Source of the DNA: Octopus sinensis
Taxonomy: Eukaryota
Reading direction: 5' to 3'
Assembly: GCF_006345805.1 (NCBI RefSeq)
Contig: NC_043021.1
Coordinates: 20,274,001-20,338,000 of the forward strand
Length of the DNA stretch: 64,000 nucleotides
A program made the translations under genes and the position numbers. The notes beneath the pieces are model-generated. The model was given only the letters and a program-made list of their open reading frames with translations, did no database searches and was not told the DNA's origin. Below, one piece after another: positions 1 through 13,949 of the stretch (the first letter of the stretch is position 1; every line of letters begins with the position of its first letter).

Positions 1-1018
1 CATAAAAAGTGGCACGTAAAAAGCACCCACTACACTCTCAGAGTGGTTGGCATTAGGAAGGGCATCCAGCTGTAGAAACTCTGCCAGATCAAGACTGGAG
101 CTTGGTGCAGCCATCTGGTTTGCCAGCCCACAGTCAAACCGTCCAACCCATGCCAGCATGGAAAGCGGACGTTAAACGACGACGATGATGATGATGATTG
201 AAACGACTCTCATTAGCTCAGGTGAAGGTAGTTGTCAAGTAATGTGATGAATGACAGCTATTTATTTGTGATAAAACCTGCAGCATTGATTTCTTCTGCC
301 TCTGACAACACATCATAACTTTTTTTGTCTCATTTAATAATCAATACTGTCAACCATCATATAAAGATTTAATCATTTTACTAACAACTACAATAACAAC
401 AACAAACATGAATTTGATTGTTTTTTAATGAATCTGCATTTGTAGTTTGTACTTAGTTTGAAATAAAGAAGAGTTGGCAGTAAGAAGAAAATTAATTATT
501 TAGGCGCAGGAGTGGCTGTGTAGTAAATAGCTTGCTTACCAACCACATGGTTCCGGGTTCAGTCCCACTGCATGGCACCTTAGGGCAAGTGTCTTCTACT
601 ATAGCCTTGGGCTGACCAAAGCCTTGTGAGTGGATTTGGTAGACGGAAACTGAAAGAAGCCCGTTGTATATATGTACATATATATATATGTGTATGTATA
701 TGTGTGTGCATGCTTGTGTATCTGTGTTTGGCACCTACTCCAACATCGTTTGACAACCAATGCTGGTGTGAGAAATAAAAGAGAAATAAAAGAGAAACAC
801 CCATAAATTTGTCTACAAACCATAATTCTAATTCTATATTAAAGAAATACAGGTGTCTGTGCACAACTCTTCTAAACAAGCTATACCAATTACAAGTTCA
901 CAATCACACCACAATATCAGTAGACCTGACTTAAATAAATAAACTGAATGGAAGGAGAAAGAAAAAGTGAAATGTACTGATGTGTGTGTGTGTGTGTACA
1001 CAACATTTTGATCCGATT

Positions 1019-1184
1019 AGGCACAGGAGTGGCTGTGTGGTAAGTAGCTTGCTAACCAACCACATGGTTCCGGGTTCAGTCCCACTGTGTGGCACCTTGG
1101 GCAAGTGTCTTCTGCTGTAGCCCCGGGCCGACCAATGCCTTGTGAGTGGATTTGGTAGACAGAAACTGAAAGAAGCCTGTCATA

Positions 1185-1245
<61 letters not shown>

Positions 1246-1455
1246 GTGTGTGTTTGTGTGTCTGTGTTTGTCCCCTAGCATTGCTTGACAACCGATGCTG
1301 GTGTGTTTACGTCCCCGTCACTTAGCGGTTCGGCAAAAGAGATCGAGAGAATAAGTACTGAGCTTACAAAGAATAAGTCCCGGGGTCGATTTGCTCGACT
1401 AAAGGCGGTGCTCCAGCATGGCTGCAGTCAAAATGACTGAAACAAGTAAAAGAGA
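1019..1455 (+). mobile_element. SINE family A (tRNA-derived head, CORE-like box, internal TA/TG microsatellite)
   Basis: A-box-like tggctgtgtgg, B-box-like gggttcagtcc, ggcaccttgggcaagtgtctt, taaaagag tail. Partial copy at 502-768. Confidence 0.9.
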
Positions 1456-2440
1456 GAGAATTAGCTCATCATTTAGCATCTGCTTTCCATACTGGTATGG
1501 ATGAGATGGTTTGACTGGAACTGGTTAGCTGGGGAGCTGCACCAGGCTCCAAACTGCTAAGTTAAGGGGATATAAACAAACTAACATCAACTGTCAAGTA
1601 GTAGTCACACACACACACACACACAAAGGACTTCTTTCAGTTTTGGTTGGCCTCAGGTGTGCGGGTGTTTCTGTTTGTTTTGAAACATCATCTCAAATCA
1701 GTGTTGGTTTGTTTATGTCTTTATAGCTTAGTGATTCAGTAAAAGAGTAACAATAGAATAAGTACCATATTTAAAAAAATAAGTACTGGGGTTGATTTGT
1801 TAGATTAAAACACTTCAAAGCAGTACCTCAATATGGGCAGTGTCCAATGACTGAAACAAGTAAAACCTAAAAAATAAAGAAAGAAAAAAACAATCCAACT
1901 CACTATTTTCAAGATAGCATGTTAGCACTTATATAAAAATATAGTATAAGTCTGATTATCTATGGTAGAATGTAAAGCTCAGACTCTACAATTAATAATT
2001 AATTAATAACAAACCTAACATGGGAAATAAATGAAGTCTTCCAATCAAATAAAATAATGATGACATACATATATATATATACATACATAATACACACACA
2101 CACACACACACATATATATAGATATATATATATATATATATATATACATACATAAAACATATATATATATATACACATACATAAAAGATTCGAGCGAGGT
2201 CGTTGCCAGTACCGCCTGACCAGCACGTAAAAGCACCCACTACACCCTCGGAGTGGTTGGCGTTAGGAAGGGCATCAAGCTGTAGAAACTCTGCCAGATC
2301 AAGATTGAAGCCTGGTGCAGCCATCTGGTTGCCCAGCCCTGTCAAATCGTCCAACCCATGCTAGCATGGAAAGCGGACGTTATACGATGATGATGATGAT
2401 ACATACATATACATACATACATACACATATATATATATAT

Positions 2441-2689
2441 ATAATATTAATTAGAGACAAAACCACTATTTTGTAAAACAAACAAGGAAAGACTTAATCA
2501 ATACATAAAATTTACTTTATTTTTACTTTTTATTAAAATTTTATGTATTGATTAAGTCTTTCCTTGTTTGTTTTACAAAATAGTGGTTTTGTCTCTAATT
2601 AATATTATATAATATTTTACCATAAAATTGGATTTAATCCTAAATCTGATTTTTTCCCTGTAAATTTGGATTTATTCCCTAATATTTAT

Positions 2690-2693
<4 letters not shown>
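2441..2693. repeat. Perfect 73-bp inverted repeat plus tail embedded in (TA)n
   Basis: Arms 2441-2513 and 2536-2608 are exact reverse complements; 22-nt spacer; about 85-nt tail; TA repeats on both sides. Confidence 0.85.
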
Positions 2694-2756
<63 letters not shown>

Positions 2757-2918
2757 GGCGCAGGAGTGGCTGTGTGGTAAGTAGCTTGCTAACCAACCAC
2801 ATGGTTCCAGGTTCAGTCCCACAGCGTGGCATCTTGGGCAAGTGTCTTCTACTATAGCCTCGGGCCGACCAAAGCCCTGTGAGTGGATTTGGTAGACGGA
2901 AATTGAAGAAGCCTGTCG

Positions 2919-2949
<31 letters not shown>

Positions 2950-3150
2950 TTGTCTGTGTTCGTCCCCCTAGCATTGCTTGACAACCGATGCTGGTGTGTT
3001 TACGTCCCTGTAACTTTGCGGTTCGGCAAAAGAGACTGATAGAATAAGTACTGGGCTTACAAAAAGAATAAGTCCCGGGGTCGATTTGCTCGTCTAAAGG
3101 CGGTGCTCCAGCATGGCCACAGTCAAATGACTGAAACAAGTAAAAGAGTA
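2757..3150 (+). mobile_element. SINE family A, full length
   Basis: Near-identical to 1019-1455. Confidence 0.9.
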
Positions 3151-6100
3151 TATATCTATATATATATATATATATTTATCTGTGTGCGTATGTATGTATG
3201 TATATATAAACATATATGCAAATATATACATACATACACAATGTAAAAACCTAGCCAATTACTCGTTTAAATATGCAAAACTATAAACTCCAGTGGGAAA
3301 TCCAAAGCAAATTATCTAAATAGGTTATACATAAAGTGGTAATATTGATCTGTGTCCTGATTTCACACACACACACATACATGTGCTTGTGTGTACACAT
3401 ATATGTATGTGTATAGATGTATGGGTGTATGCATATCTATCTATATATATATATCACCATCTGAAGGTGGCCGATGCCAGTGCCGCCTCGACTGGCTTCC
3501 GTGCCGGTGGCACGTAAAATGCACCAATCTGATTGTGGCCGTTGCCAGCCTCGCCTGGCACCTGTGCAGGTGGCACGTAAAAAGCACCCACTACACTCAC
3601 GGAGTGGTTGGCGTTAGGAAGGGCATCAAGCTGTAGAAACACTGCCAGATCAGACTGGAGCCTGGTGCAGCCTTCTGACGTCCCAGATCCCCGGTCGAAC
3701 CGTCCAACCCATGCTAGCACGGAAAACGGACGTTAAACGATGATGATGATGATGATGATGACCGTGACCGACCAGGCTATCAGATATTGCTACACATCGC
3801 TGGTCACAATGCGCTTTGCATTGCTTTAGCCTTCAAATGACGCCACCCCGCTGGCTAAGCGAGCAGGCCAACAGAAGAAAGAGTGAGAGAAAGTTGTGGC
3901 GAAAGACTACAGCAGGGATCGCCCCCCCCCCCCATCAGCCGAAGGCTCGTGGAGCTTTTAGGCGTCTTCGCTCAATAAATACTGACGACTGGTCTGGGAA
4001 TTGAAACCGCAATCCTATAACCGCGAGTCCACTGCCCTAACCACTGGGCCATTACGCCTCCACACACACATTAGAGTGTGGCCATGGTTGGGCACCGACT
4101 TGAGGAATTTTTATCAAGTGAATCGACCCCAGTGCTTATTTATTTATTTTTTTAATCTGGTCCTTATTCCATCGGTCTCCTTTACTGGACTGCAAATGTT
4201 ATAGACGTAAACACACCAACACCTGTTGTCAAGTGGTGGTGGGGGACAGATACAGACACAATGACCTACATACACACACACACACACAGTGGGCTTCTTT
4301 CAGTTTCCGTCTACCAAATCCATTCACAAAGCTTTGGTCGGCCCAAGGCTACAGTGGAAGACACTAGTTCAAGGTGTCACACAGTGGAACCGAACCCAGA
4401 ACCATGCTGTTGGGAAGCAAACTTCTCACCACACAGCCACGATGATATAGATACATAGATAAATGGTTCATCTTTTACTTATTTCATTCACGAGACGGGG
4501 GCCACGCTGGGGCACCAGCTTGAAAAGTATAGTCGAACAAATCGACCCCAGTACTTATTTATAAGGGCCATCTTTCGTTTTCACACGCAGACTTGTCCTC
4601 ATTGTTCGGAACAATAATATGGTCCCATATGATCGAATTTTGACAGTTCTGAGGGGTATACCGAAAGAATGCCTTTTAAGTCTGGTACTTACATTATCGG
4701 CCTCTTTTTGCCGAACCGCTACAGGGATGTAAACAAAACTACACCGGTTGTCGAGCACATGTGTGTGTGTGGGGGAGGAACACGAAAACACACAGGACGG
4801 GCTTCTTTCAGTTTCTGTCAATCAAATACACTTACAAGACTTTGACTCGTAACCGGGACACACAGACACACGTTTGCTTTGGGTCCCTTCATGTCTACTT
4901 TGTTTTCAGGCGTGTTTTCGACGATAAATCTTCGATTATTTCTGAGATGAAATTCTATGGCGATCTTTGGGTTAGAATATGACACTTTCCCCTTTCTTTA
5001 ACCCACTTTCTACGAAAGTTCAGAAGATCTTATCTCTCCTTTTCCTTAAGCCTGCGGATGCGGCCACCTTCTTGTTTAATTAAAATAAAATGGTTTGATT
5101 GTTTTGAATTTTGTTGTTTAAAATCAGGAAGAAAAAAAAATTAAGAGAATAAGTCTTCTAAATATTTTATACCTCACGATGGAGCCTGTATCTATACAGT
5201 CACTCGACCTGCTAGAAATCGCAGCCAATGCTACCAATTTTAAATTTAATAACAAATGAAAAAAATAAACTGCAAAAACAACAACCAAAGAAAAATTTTA
5301 AACAGACACCAACACAACAGGAACAACAAAAAAAAAACATTCTTAGAAATACATCAAAACACTTCTGTCACAAGTTGGCAGCTTGTAAGAGCAAAATAAG
5401 ATTTATTCCATGGCCGCCAGATTTCAAGGAGTTTGAGAAAGTGAAAGTGGCACGCGAGACTAAACAATTGCCAAACACGTTTGTATCAATCAATCAATCA
5501 ATCAATGTATATGACATTATGTATGTATGCTTATGTGTGTGTATATAATATATGTATGTATGTATGTATGCATATATGCATGTGTGTATGCATATATGCA
5601 TGTATGTATGCGTGTAAGTGTATATGTATGTATGTATGCATGTGTGTATGTATGTATGTATGCATGTATGTATGCGTGTGTGTATGTATTTATGTATGGA
5701 TATATGTATGTATGTGTGTGTACGTATGTATGCATATATGCATGTGTGTATGTATGTATGCGTGTAAGTGTGTATGTATGTATGTATGGATAGATATATG
5801 TATGTGTGTGTATGTATGTGTGTGTGTATGTATGTATGTATACAATAACAGTAGTTAAGCTTCGTGCAATGGCCATACTCGATAACGAGGGGGGGGGGGC
5901 AGCCATCATGTATGTATACACATGCATGTCCCACGGGTCGACCTTCGACTTTTTCTGTCCAAAAGAGTTTTGCAACCCATTTTTTTTTTTACAAGTTATT
6001 ATTTATACCCTTAGGTACTTCGAGATCCACCGTTCCAAAAATAAAAAAAAGAATATATGCTGTGGTTAATTTTGCTTGTGTTATTAAATTCGAGAGTACA

Positions 6101-6396
6101 CACACACAAGCCTCACAGGCAACTTGGAGTGTATAAAGACTGTCTTTAAGACATCAACAAAATCCAGCACGAAAAAACATTTAGCTGTTGTGTTCATCAT
6201 CCGAACTTTTTCCCCCACCTTTTTTTTTCTTCTCTCTAGATTTTGTGGTGTTTTATTTCAATATATTCTGTTGCATAAGGGTCATAAGGGTCGAAAATTG
6301 ACCGTTATTTTGTAAAGGACCAATCAAACAAGTCCGTTTTTAAAGGTGTAGCGTTTATACTAAGTCTGGACAGAATTGACATATCGGTTCCATTCT

Positions 6397-6451
6397 AGCA
6401 AAAACTGTCCGACGAACGGCAACGTGAAACTCAGAGTAACAGGTTTTTGCT
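6397..6451 (+). ncRNA. Minimal type I hammerhead ribozyme fold (U4C core variant), Penelope-like terminus
   Basis: AGCAAAAA-CTGT (stem I), CCGACGA (core), ACG-gcaa-CGT (stem II), GAAA, CTC-a-GAG (stem III), TA^, ACAG-g-TTTTTGCT (stem I complement). Predicted cleavage after GUA at 6438. Confidence 0.7.
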
Positions 6452-6480
6452 GAATTTCCTGCTGCTTTAAATAAAGTATA

Positions 6481-6511
6481 AATATATACACATACATACA
6501 TATATATATAT

Positions 6512-6552
<41 letters not shown>

Positions 6553-6670
6553 CATATATATATATATATATACATACATATATATATATATACACACATA
6601 CATATATATACATACATTATATATATACATACATACATATACACACATACATATATACATACATATATAC

Positions 6671-6715
<45 letters not shown>

Positions 6716-6893
6716 CATATATATATATATATACATACATACATATATATACATATATATATATACATACATACATATACATACATACATATATATATAC
6801 ATACATACATACATATATATATACATACATACATATATATATACATACATACATACATATATATACATACATACATATATACATACATACATA

Positions 6894-6929
<36 letters not shown>

Positions 6930-7242
6930 CATACATACATATATACATACATACATACATACATATATATATACATACATATATACATACATACATATAT
7001 ATATATATACATATATACATACATACATACATATATACATACATACATATACATACATATATATATACATACATACATATATATATACATACATATATAT
7101 ATACATACATATATACATACATATATATATATACATACATATATATATACATACATATATATATACATACATATATATATATATACATATATATATATAC
7201 ATACATATATACATATACATACATATATACATACATATATAT
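6481..7242. repeat. Compound (TA/TACA)n microsatellite
   Basis: Direct inspection; similar tracts at 5505-5842 and 57968-58436. Confidence 0.97.
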
Positions 7243-8919
7243 CACGCACTATCATGGCTTACCAGCTATTTTACACCAATGGTCGTTTTAAATTGATCAT
7301 CAAATAGAAGAAAAAATAATGAAAACTAGTAAACAAAACAAATCCATAAGAATCAATGAATGCCTGCCCCCCCCCCCATCCCTCATAGCATGCCTTCATC
7401 AGTTTCTATAAAGATGCTACGAGAGAGAGAGAAAGAGACACAGAGAGAGAGAGAGGTTTGGATGTTTAGATTTCGATGTCAGCAGCAGTCTATTAACAAT
7501 CGATTTTACTTTGCCATCATTTTATGCCCAATAATGGTGTCGGTTGTGAGGTTTGCTGTGTGTGTCAACAGCGAAAATAACAACGACACCACCACCACTC
7601 TATCACTATCAGTCAGGCAAAAAAAAAAAATAATAATCTTCGATCAGTTTCGTGAGGATCCCAAACAGAATAACTAAGCAACAGATATCTAGGTCAAGTA
7701 TGTGTGTATGTCTATCAATGTGTGTGTGTGACTATATATAGATATATATAGTTGGTGTCTCAACTTAAGTAACTCAGCTGTGTATATATATATATATATG
7801 TATATATACTCTCTCATTTACTTGTTTCAGTCATTTGACTGTGGCCATGCTGGAGCACCGCCCTTTAGTCGAGCAAATCGACCCCAGGACTTATTTTTTG
7901 TAAGCCTAGTACTTATCGGTCTATCGGTCTCTTTTCCCGAACCGCTAAGTTACGGGGACGTAAACACACCAGCATCGGTTGTCAAGCGATGTTGGGGGTA
8001 CAAACAGACACACAAACATACTTATATACGACGGGCTTCTTTCAGTTTCCGTCTATAGTAGAAGACACTTGAACCCGGAACCATGTGGTTGGTAAACAAG
8101 CTACATACCACATAGCCACTCCTGTATATATATATATATATATATGCATGTGTGGGCAGAGGACGTCGAAGGGATGGGTAAAGATCCGGACGATGACCTC
8201 AAAAGCACCTCATGGAGGAAACTGGCAAGCAAAGTGTTCGAATCGCAGTAATTCGAACACTTTCGTCTTTCGATGTCTAAAGAATGATTAGTTACACTTT
8301 TATTGAAAACTCGGTGCACCTATGAGTAACTCAGGTGAAACTCAGAGTGACTCGACCAAAATAAAAAAATTTTTAAATTATTAGTCTCGCGTATGGTATT
8401 GAGTACTTCTTCTGACAATCAATACTACACGGATATATGTGTGTGTACGTGCTTGTACACACACATTTACTAACTAACACTAATTTACTAGGTCAACTCA
8501 TTAGTACCAACTGCCTTATTAGTGGACAATTAACCCAAAATCCCTAAATGACAATGACACGTATGTCCGTATATACTAATTTATCATTAACTAATTACAA
8601 CTTAAGTAAAATTACTACTAACCCGTTACAACCTGAATCAATAACTACAGAAATAGCTCTGTAATCATATAAATATATTGATTATGTGATTAAACGTTAA
8701 TCCAAAAAAAAAAATTCGACTAAAAGCTTTTCTAATAACGCTGAGTTAAATTAAACAATATTAATTATACCAGTTTCCCATTAACTTATAATATTACACT
8801 AATAATAAACACACGCATTAAACATTACTAGAGCGTGTATATTTAACAGAAATATTGATTTTATCTTCAAATTCAGTTTTATGCAAAATCTTTAGATGTA
8901 AACAAACATCCTTAAACGA

Positions 8920-9390
8920 TACATACACTACTTATATACACACATATATATATACACATACACACACACATAAATACATATATACGTATACATATGTACC
9001 ACGCACCATACACACACATAAATATATGCACATACATATATATATATACACACATATATATATGCACACACACACATAAATACATATGCACATACATATA
9101 CACACATATATATGCACACACACATAAATACATATATACGTATACATATGTACCACGCACCAGACACACACACATATATATACATACACACATATATACA
9201 TATGTACCACACACCAGACACACATAAATACATATGTACCACGCACCATACACACACACATATATATGCACACATAAATACATATATACGTATACATATA
9301 TGTACCACGCACCATACACACACATATATGCACACACATACACATAAATACATATATACGTATACATGTACCACGCACCATACACACACG
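8920..9390. repeat. Microsatellite-derived minisatellite
   Basis: Recurrent higher-order unit containing cataaatacatatatacgtatacatatgtaccacgcaccatacac, about six variable copies. Confidence 0.85.
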
Positions 9391-10279
9391 TCATGGGTAT
9401 TTCCATTAACCGGAAAGATTATTATTATTACTAATTCAGTATTAACCACATGATGACGATAGTCCAAATATATCTAAACAAGTGTCTGATGCAACACTTT
9501 AACTTAGAAAGCGACCGAAAACACGAAGACAGGGAAGGAAAATAAATCGATTAAAAATAATAACAAAATGGAGAGGAAGGAATAAAGAAATTATATTCAA
9601 TCCTAAGAAATAATGTTCATGTGTGAAGTGATTAAAGAAGAGAAATGGTTAAAATTAATGGCTAGAATTAACATTAGAAATTGGCTAAAAGCTGATTTAG
9701 ATGATAAAAATATAATTTAATATTAAGTGGAATATAAATGTGTGAATTCCGTGAATTAGACGGGTTTTTTGTTTCGTGTTGTTAATTTTGTTATTTTTGG
9801 TTGTTTAGGTGGAAAAAAATGGAGAAGAGATTTTTATGTTGTGGTGTTTATGGTGGGAAAGAATGTGGGAAGACGGTAAAAATAGCAGACTAAGAGAGAG
9901 AGAGAAAGAAAAGAAAGAGGGAAGGTGAGAGAAGAGACGGGGAAAGGCTGTCTGTGTGTGCGTGTCTGGAAATGGCAGAGAAGAATAAATAAGACTAAAG
10001 AATGAGAATAAAGAACAAAAAAAAGAATAATGGAGAGGCGGAGTAAGAGAAGAGAAGAAATGCAGAAAAAAAATATATAGTAGATTCATAACAGAATGTC
10101 AAATGGAGGAGAAAGGGTTTGTCATGGAAATATGACAAAGACGAGATATGATTATATATGTATATATAAACAGTAAATGGAGCAGATTGACTGACAGACG
10201 AGGTTAATGAAGACGTGACTGAGCTGCAACTGATTCGTTTCAATAACAGCAGGAATAATGAAATAATGGAGACAGAGAC

Positions 10280-10319
<40 letters not shown>

Positions 10320-11659
10320 CGAGAGAGGAAGGAGGAAGTGATATAATAAAAGTAAAGAATGACTCATATTGGATCGTCGCTGACGAAACAGCCACCTTGC
10401 CAAGAAGCCGAACCCAAGCCAAGCCAAGCTACCATGGAATTTTCAATTAATTGAGAAATAAGAGGAAGATATTTAATGAACGTAATGTAAAGGTCGTTAT
10501 CCTCGTTTTAAGATTCAGCGAAATGGCAGCGACATCTCTTGTTAGTCACGTTTAACAACCACAGCGAGAAGACAGACACACGAACAAGACAAGACTGCGG
10601 CTTTCTACTACAATGTCCGCTTCGAGGAGCAGCTTACTTCGTCTCGTAGTCGTCTGCCACCAACAAAAGCCAACCGCCTCATTTATTTCACACACCGTAT
10701 TTATATACTTATAGATGTGTATATATATAACGGAAGAGGGGGGAGAAAAAAAGCATATTAAACTGTGTAGTAATATTTGATACATGCGCACACATAAAAA
10801 AAAATACGTGATGGTGGTCATGGTTGGCACGCTTGATCATAAAGGTGTTTCTGATTTGAGGTTAAACAGTCGGAAATCGCTGAAACGATCAATTTGACCT
10901 CATTTATACAACAAATATGAGAATAATCTAGTCATAAATAAACCTCCCTCGGCCCCTACAATTCTGGTGATGGTCACGGTTGGGTTGCCTCTGATCATCG
11001 TTTGGTCAATCATGTGGAACCCACATGACTGACTGACCCTTAAGTTAGACAACAAACCCAACAATGGCGATGACAGTAGCAAAAAAAAAACCTACCACCA
11101 CGTCGGCAATTACATCTTCTGCCTTCCCTCCCCACCGTCATCATCATCATCATCATCAATTAAGCTCGACCTGCCCAAAATAGCAACCAAATCTCCCTTA
11201 AATCACCCCCACCACCTATCTATGACATTACATGTGTCTGTATGCGTGTAATATGACTATAATACTATATAACGTAGTCGTATCATACATTATGTATATA
11301 AATAAGAGGGGATGGTCACGGATGGAATGTCGTTCATAATAATTTCTCTAATCATTGCTAACCAGAATGGCTCTAAAACAGCTACCACAGTAATTAAAAC
11401 TGGCTCAGACAAGAAAATATTTTACAAAGTGTCTCTCTTTCTTTTCCCTACCTTACATTTTATTTTTTTAAAATCAATTAAACCCTATTCCCCCTCCTTT
11501 TATTGTCCCCTTTTTTTTTAAACCCGAACCCTACACTTTTTATAATAGAAATTATTCCCTTTTGCTCTCTCCCCTCCACCACCACCACGTCTTTGCTACC
11601 AAGTAATAAAAAAAAAAAATTACGCAGTAAAAACTACTGAGTTCGATAAAGAAAAAAAA

Positions 11660-13210
11660 TGGCCAGACGTATTTTTTGGTCGATGAGTATTTGTCCTCTT
11701 TTGAGTCAGGCATAAAAAAGAGAGAAACGAGTACCGACGTCTGAGGGAGGCAGCGTCCAAAGAATGGAAGAGCGGGCTGCCGCTGACGTCAGTGGGTTGT
11801 CTGGTAGACGTGAGGTAAATAGGTTCGAATCCTACCAACCGTCTCCTATACACAGCCAAGCGCAGTACCAACAACAGATTATACACCATACTATGCCCTA
11901 AATCGACTCAACACATCAACGCACGCACGCACACACACACACGTTTCCTTCATTAAAAAAAAAACTTTCCCTCCCTCCCTCACTATATTTCACCATTCAA
12001 ATATTTTTTTCTTTTAGTTATTTTTTCAGTTACTTTGAGTTAAGGGGCAACGAGAGGGAAAAAGAAAACGAGTAACGAAGATAGACAGACAGTCAGCTAG
12101 CTAGATAGATACATACATAGTACAGTCAGACAGTTAGATAGACAGTCAGACAGATAGATAGATAGATAGACAGGCAGATAGATAGATAGATAGACAGTCA
12201 GCTAGATAGATACATACATACATAGTCACAGTTACATAGACAGTCAGACAGATAAATAGACAGACAGACAGATAGATAGATATATAAAGAGAGAGAGAGA
12301 TAGCTATAGAGATAGACAGTCAGCTAGATAGATAGATAGAGAAAAAGACAGAAACAATGAGAGAGAGAGAGACCGGGGGATAGAGATAGATAAAGCTAAA
12401 GAGAGGGGAAGTATTTATATAAAAGGCATATTGAGAGAGAGAGAGAAAGAGAGGTGTCGGATCGGAGGCGAAAACTTATTAAAACTACGCAGTTTTAAGT
12501 TGTCAGTCATTAAAGATTATTATGATGATGATTGGTAGTGACCAGCGACAGAAGAGATTAGAGAGAGAGAGAGAGAGAAAGAGAGGGTGGTGATTGATAG
12601 AGATTTAGATTAATAAGGAGAGAGAGAGAGAGAAAGACAGAGAGAGGGAGGACGGACAAGCAAGAGATTCATTTTTTTTTTCATGTTTTTTTTCTTTTTT
12701 TTTTTTGGAACAAGACACAAACAACAACCAACCCTTGCGCTGTGAAGAAGGACGACGTAGATTTTGAGCGGCAGGCAATGAGCTGGCGACGGACCGGACC
12801 GGACGGACGGACACCGAAAACGGACCCCTTTTTTTTTTTTGTTTTTGTTTTTTGTTTTTTGAATGGTTCGAATGAAGGACGGCTTTTTACGTAGCCGAGT
12901 CGTCGATTCCGGGCTTCTGCAGTAGATTTTGCGAGGGAACATGATTCCTGGAAGAACAAGAGAAACTAGGAGAGTGCAGCAGCAGTAGAGCGAAAGCAGC
13001 TGTAAATTGATGTAAGGCAGGAAGAAGCACTACGCGGCGGCCTTCTTGTTGGTTGCTTTACTTCGTACGAAGTCGACAGGCTTTGGCGCTGTCACAAGGG
13101 AGATAACTACTAGGTCAACACTAGACGTGGTTATCGACCTTGACACACGTTGAAGGTCTCTCTTTCTCTCACTCACTCACTATCTTTCCTTCTCTTTCTC
13201 GCGTTTTCTC
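11660..13210. promoter_or_regulatory. CpG-rich, transposon-free promoter-like region
   Basis: Visibly high CpG density at 11660-11900 and 12730-13200 in an otherwise CpG-poor window; perfect CRE TGACGTCA (11784-11791); perfect B-box GGTTCGAATCC (11822-11832); GA repeats. No linked gene identified. Confidence 0.45.
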
Positions 13211-13949
13211 TCCCCCTCCGTCTTTCACTTAGCTACTTTGTTTCTCAACTGACAAGAGCAAAGCAAATGGAGTAGATTTCTCACCAACCAAGTAAAAGAT
13301 AGTACAAAATAATAATAATAATAATAAAGTACACTCGTTTGTAAATAGTCCCTGATATAATCTGAGAATAATACAATGTTATTTGCTGCTATGATCAGAA
13401 GTATTTTTTTAAGATTTTATATTATAATAGTCCTAATATACATTTTGCTCTCTTGTCATGTGAGTTAGCAAATACCAAGATAGACCCAATTAGCTGCCAC
13501 TTGGATGGAAACCAATAATTTTGTAGATACCTCAACGGAATATTTAATTAATTTTGGCTCCAGTGATATTTACCACTGTGTTCAACTTAATTTATCCATA
13601 ATAAAATTCAATAGAAGAATATAAGTTTTGAAATGAGATGAAAAAATGTTCTATTCAAAGAACATACCTTTGTAATTATAATTAGAATTTTTTTTTAAAT
13701 ATAATAATAAAAGTGATTAAATTTGTATATTTTTTCCCATCAGTTTCTAAATATACATTTATTGTTTTTTGTTTACTAATGTTAGTATTATTTGTTTTTT
13801 GTTTTTTTGCAAATAGTTTTAAAAAGTGATAACACTTTCAGACTATGAAAAATTTCATTCAGTTATTTTTTATCATCAGTAAAAACATTTGTCAGAATCT
13901 ACTATAAACTAAATCATATTACCTACATGGTGTATAACTAAGCATATTA

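Noticed and set aside
492-734. Recurrent ORFs such as SVSVYQIHSQGFG and FLQLDALPNANHSE
   Set aside because: Conceptual translations of SINE families A and C, repeated throughout the window.
4895-4982. Possible plus-strand exon after ttgttttcag (RVFDDKSSIISEMKFYGDLW)
   Set aside because: Weak donor, no recognisable homology and no partner exons.
6355-7255. Long Y/I/M/C/V-rich ORFs (also 5481-5975, 8912-9467, 32151-33844, 57928-58763)
   Set aside because: Translations of TA/CA microsatellites that simply lack stop codons.
9450-9489. ATGATGA...CTGA resembling a C/D snoRNA or hammerhead
   Set aside because: Only 40 nt between boxes, no convincing closing stem, and key hammerhead residues missing.
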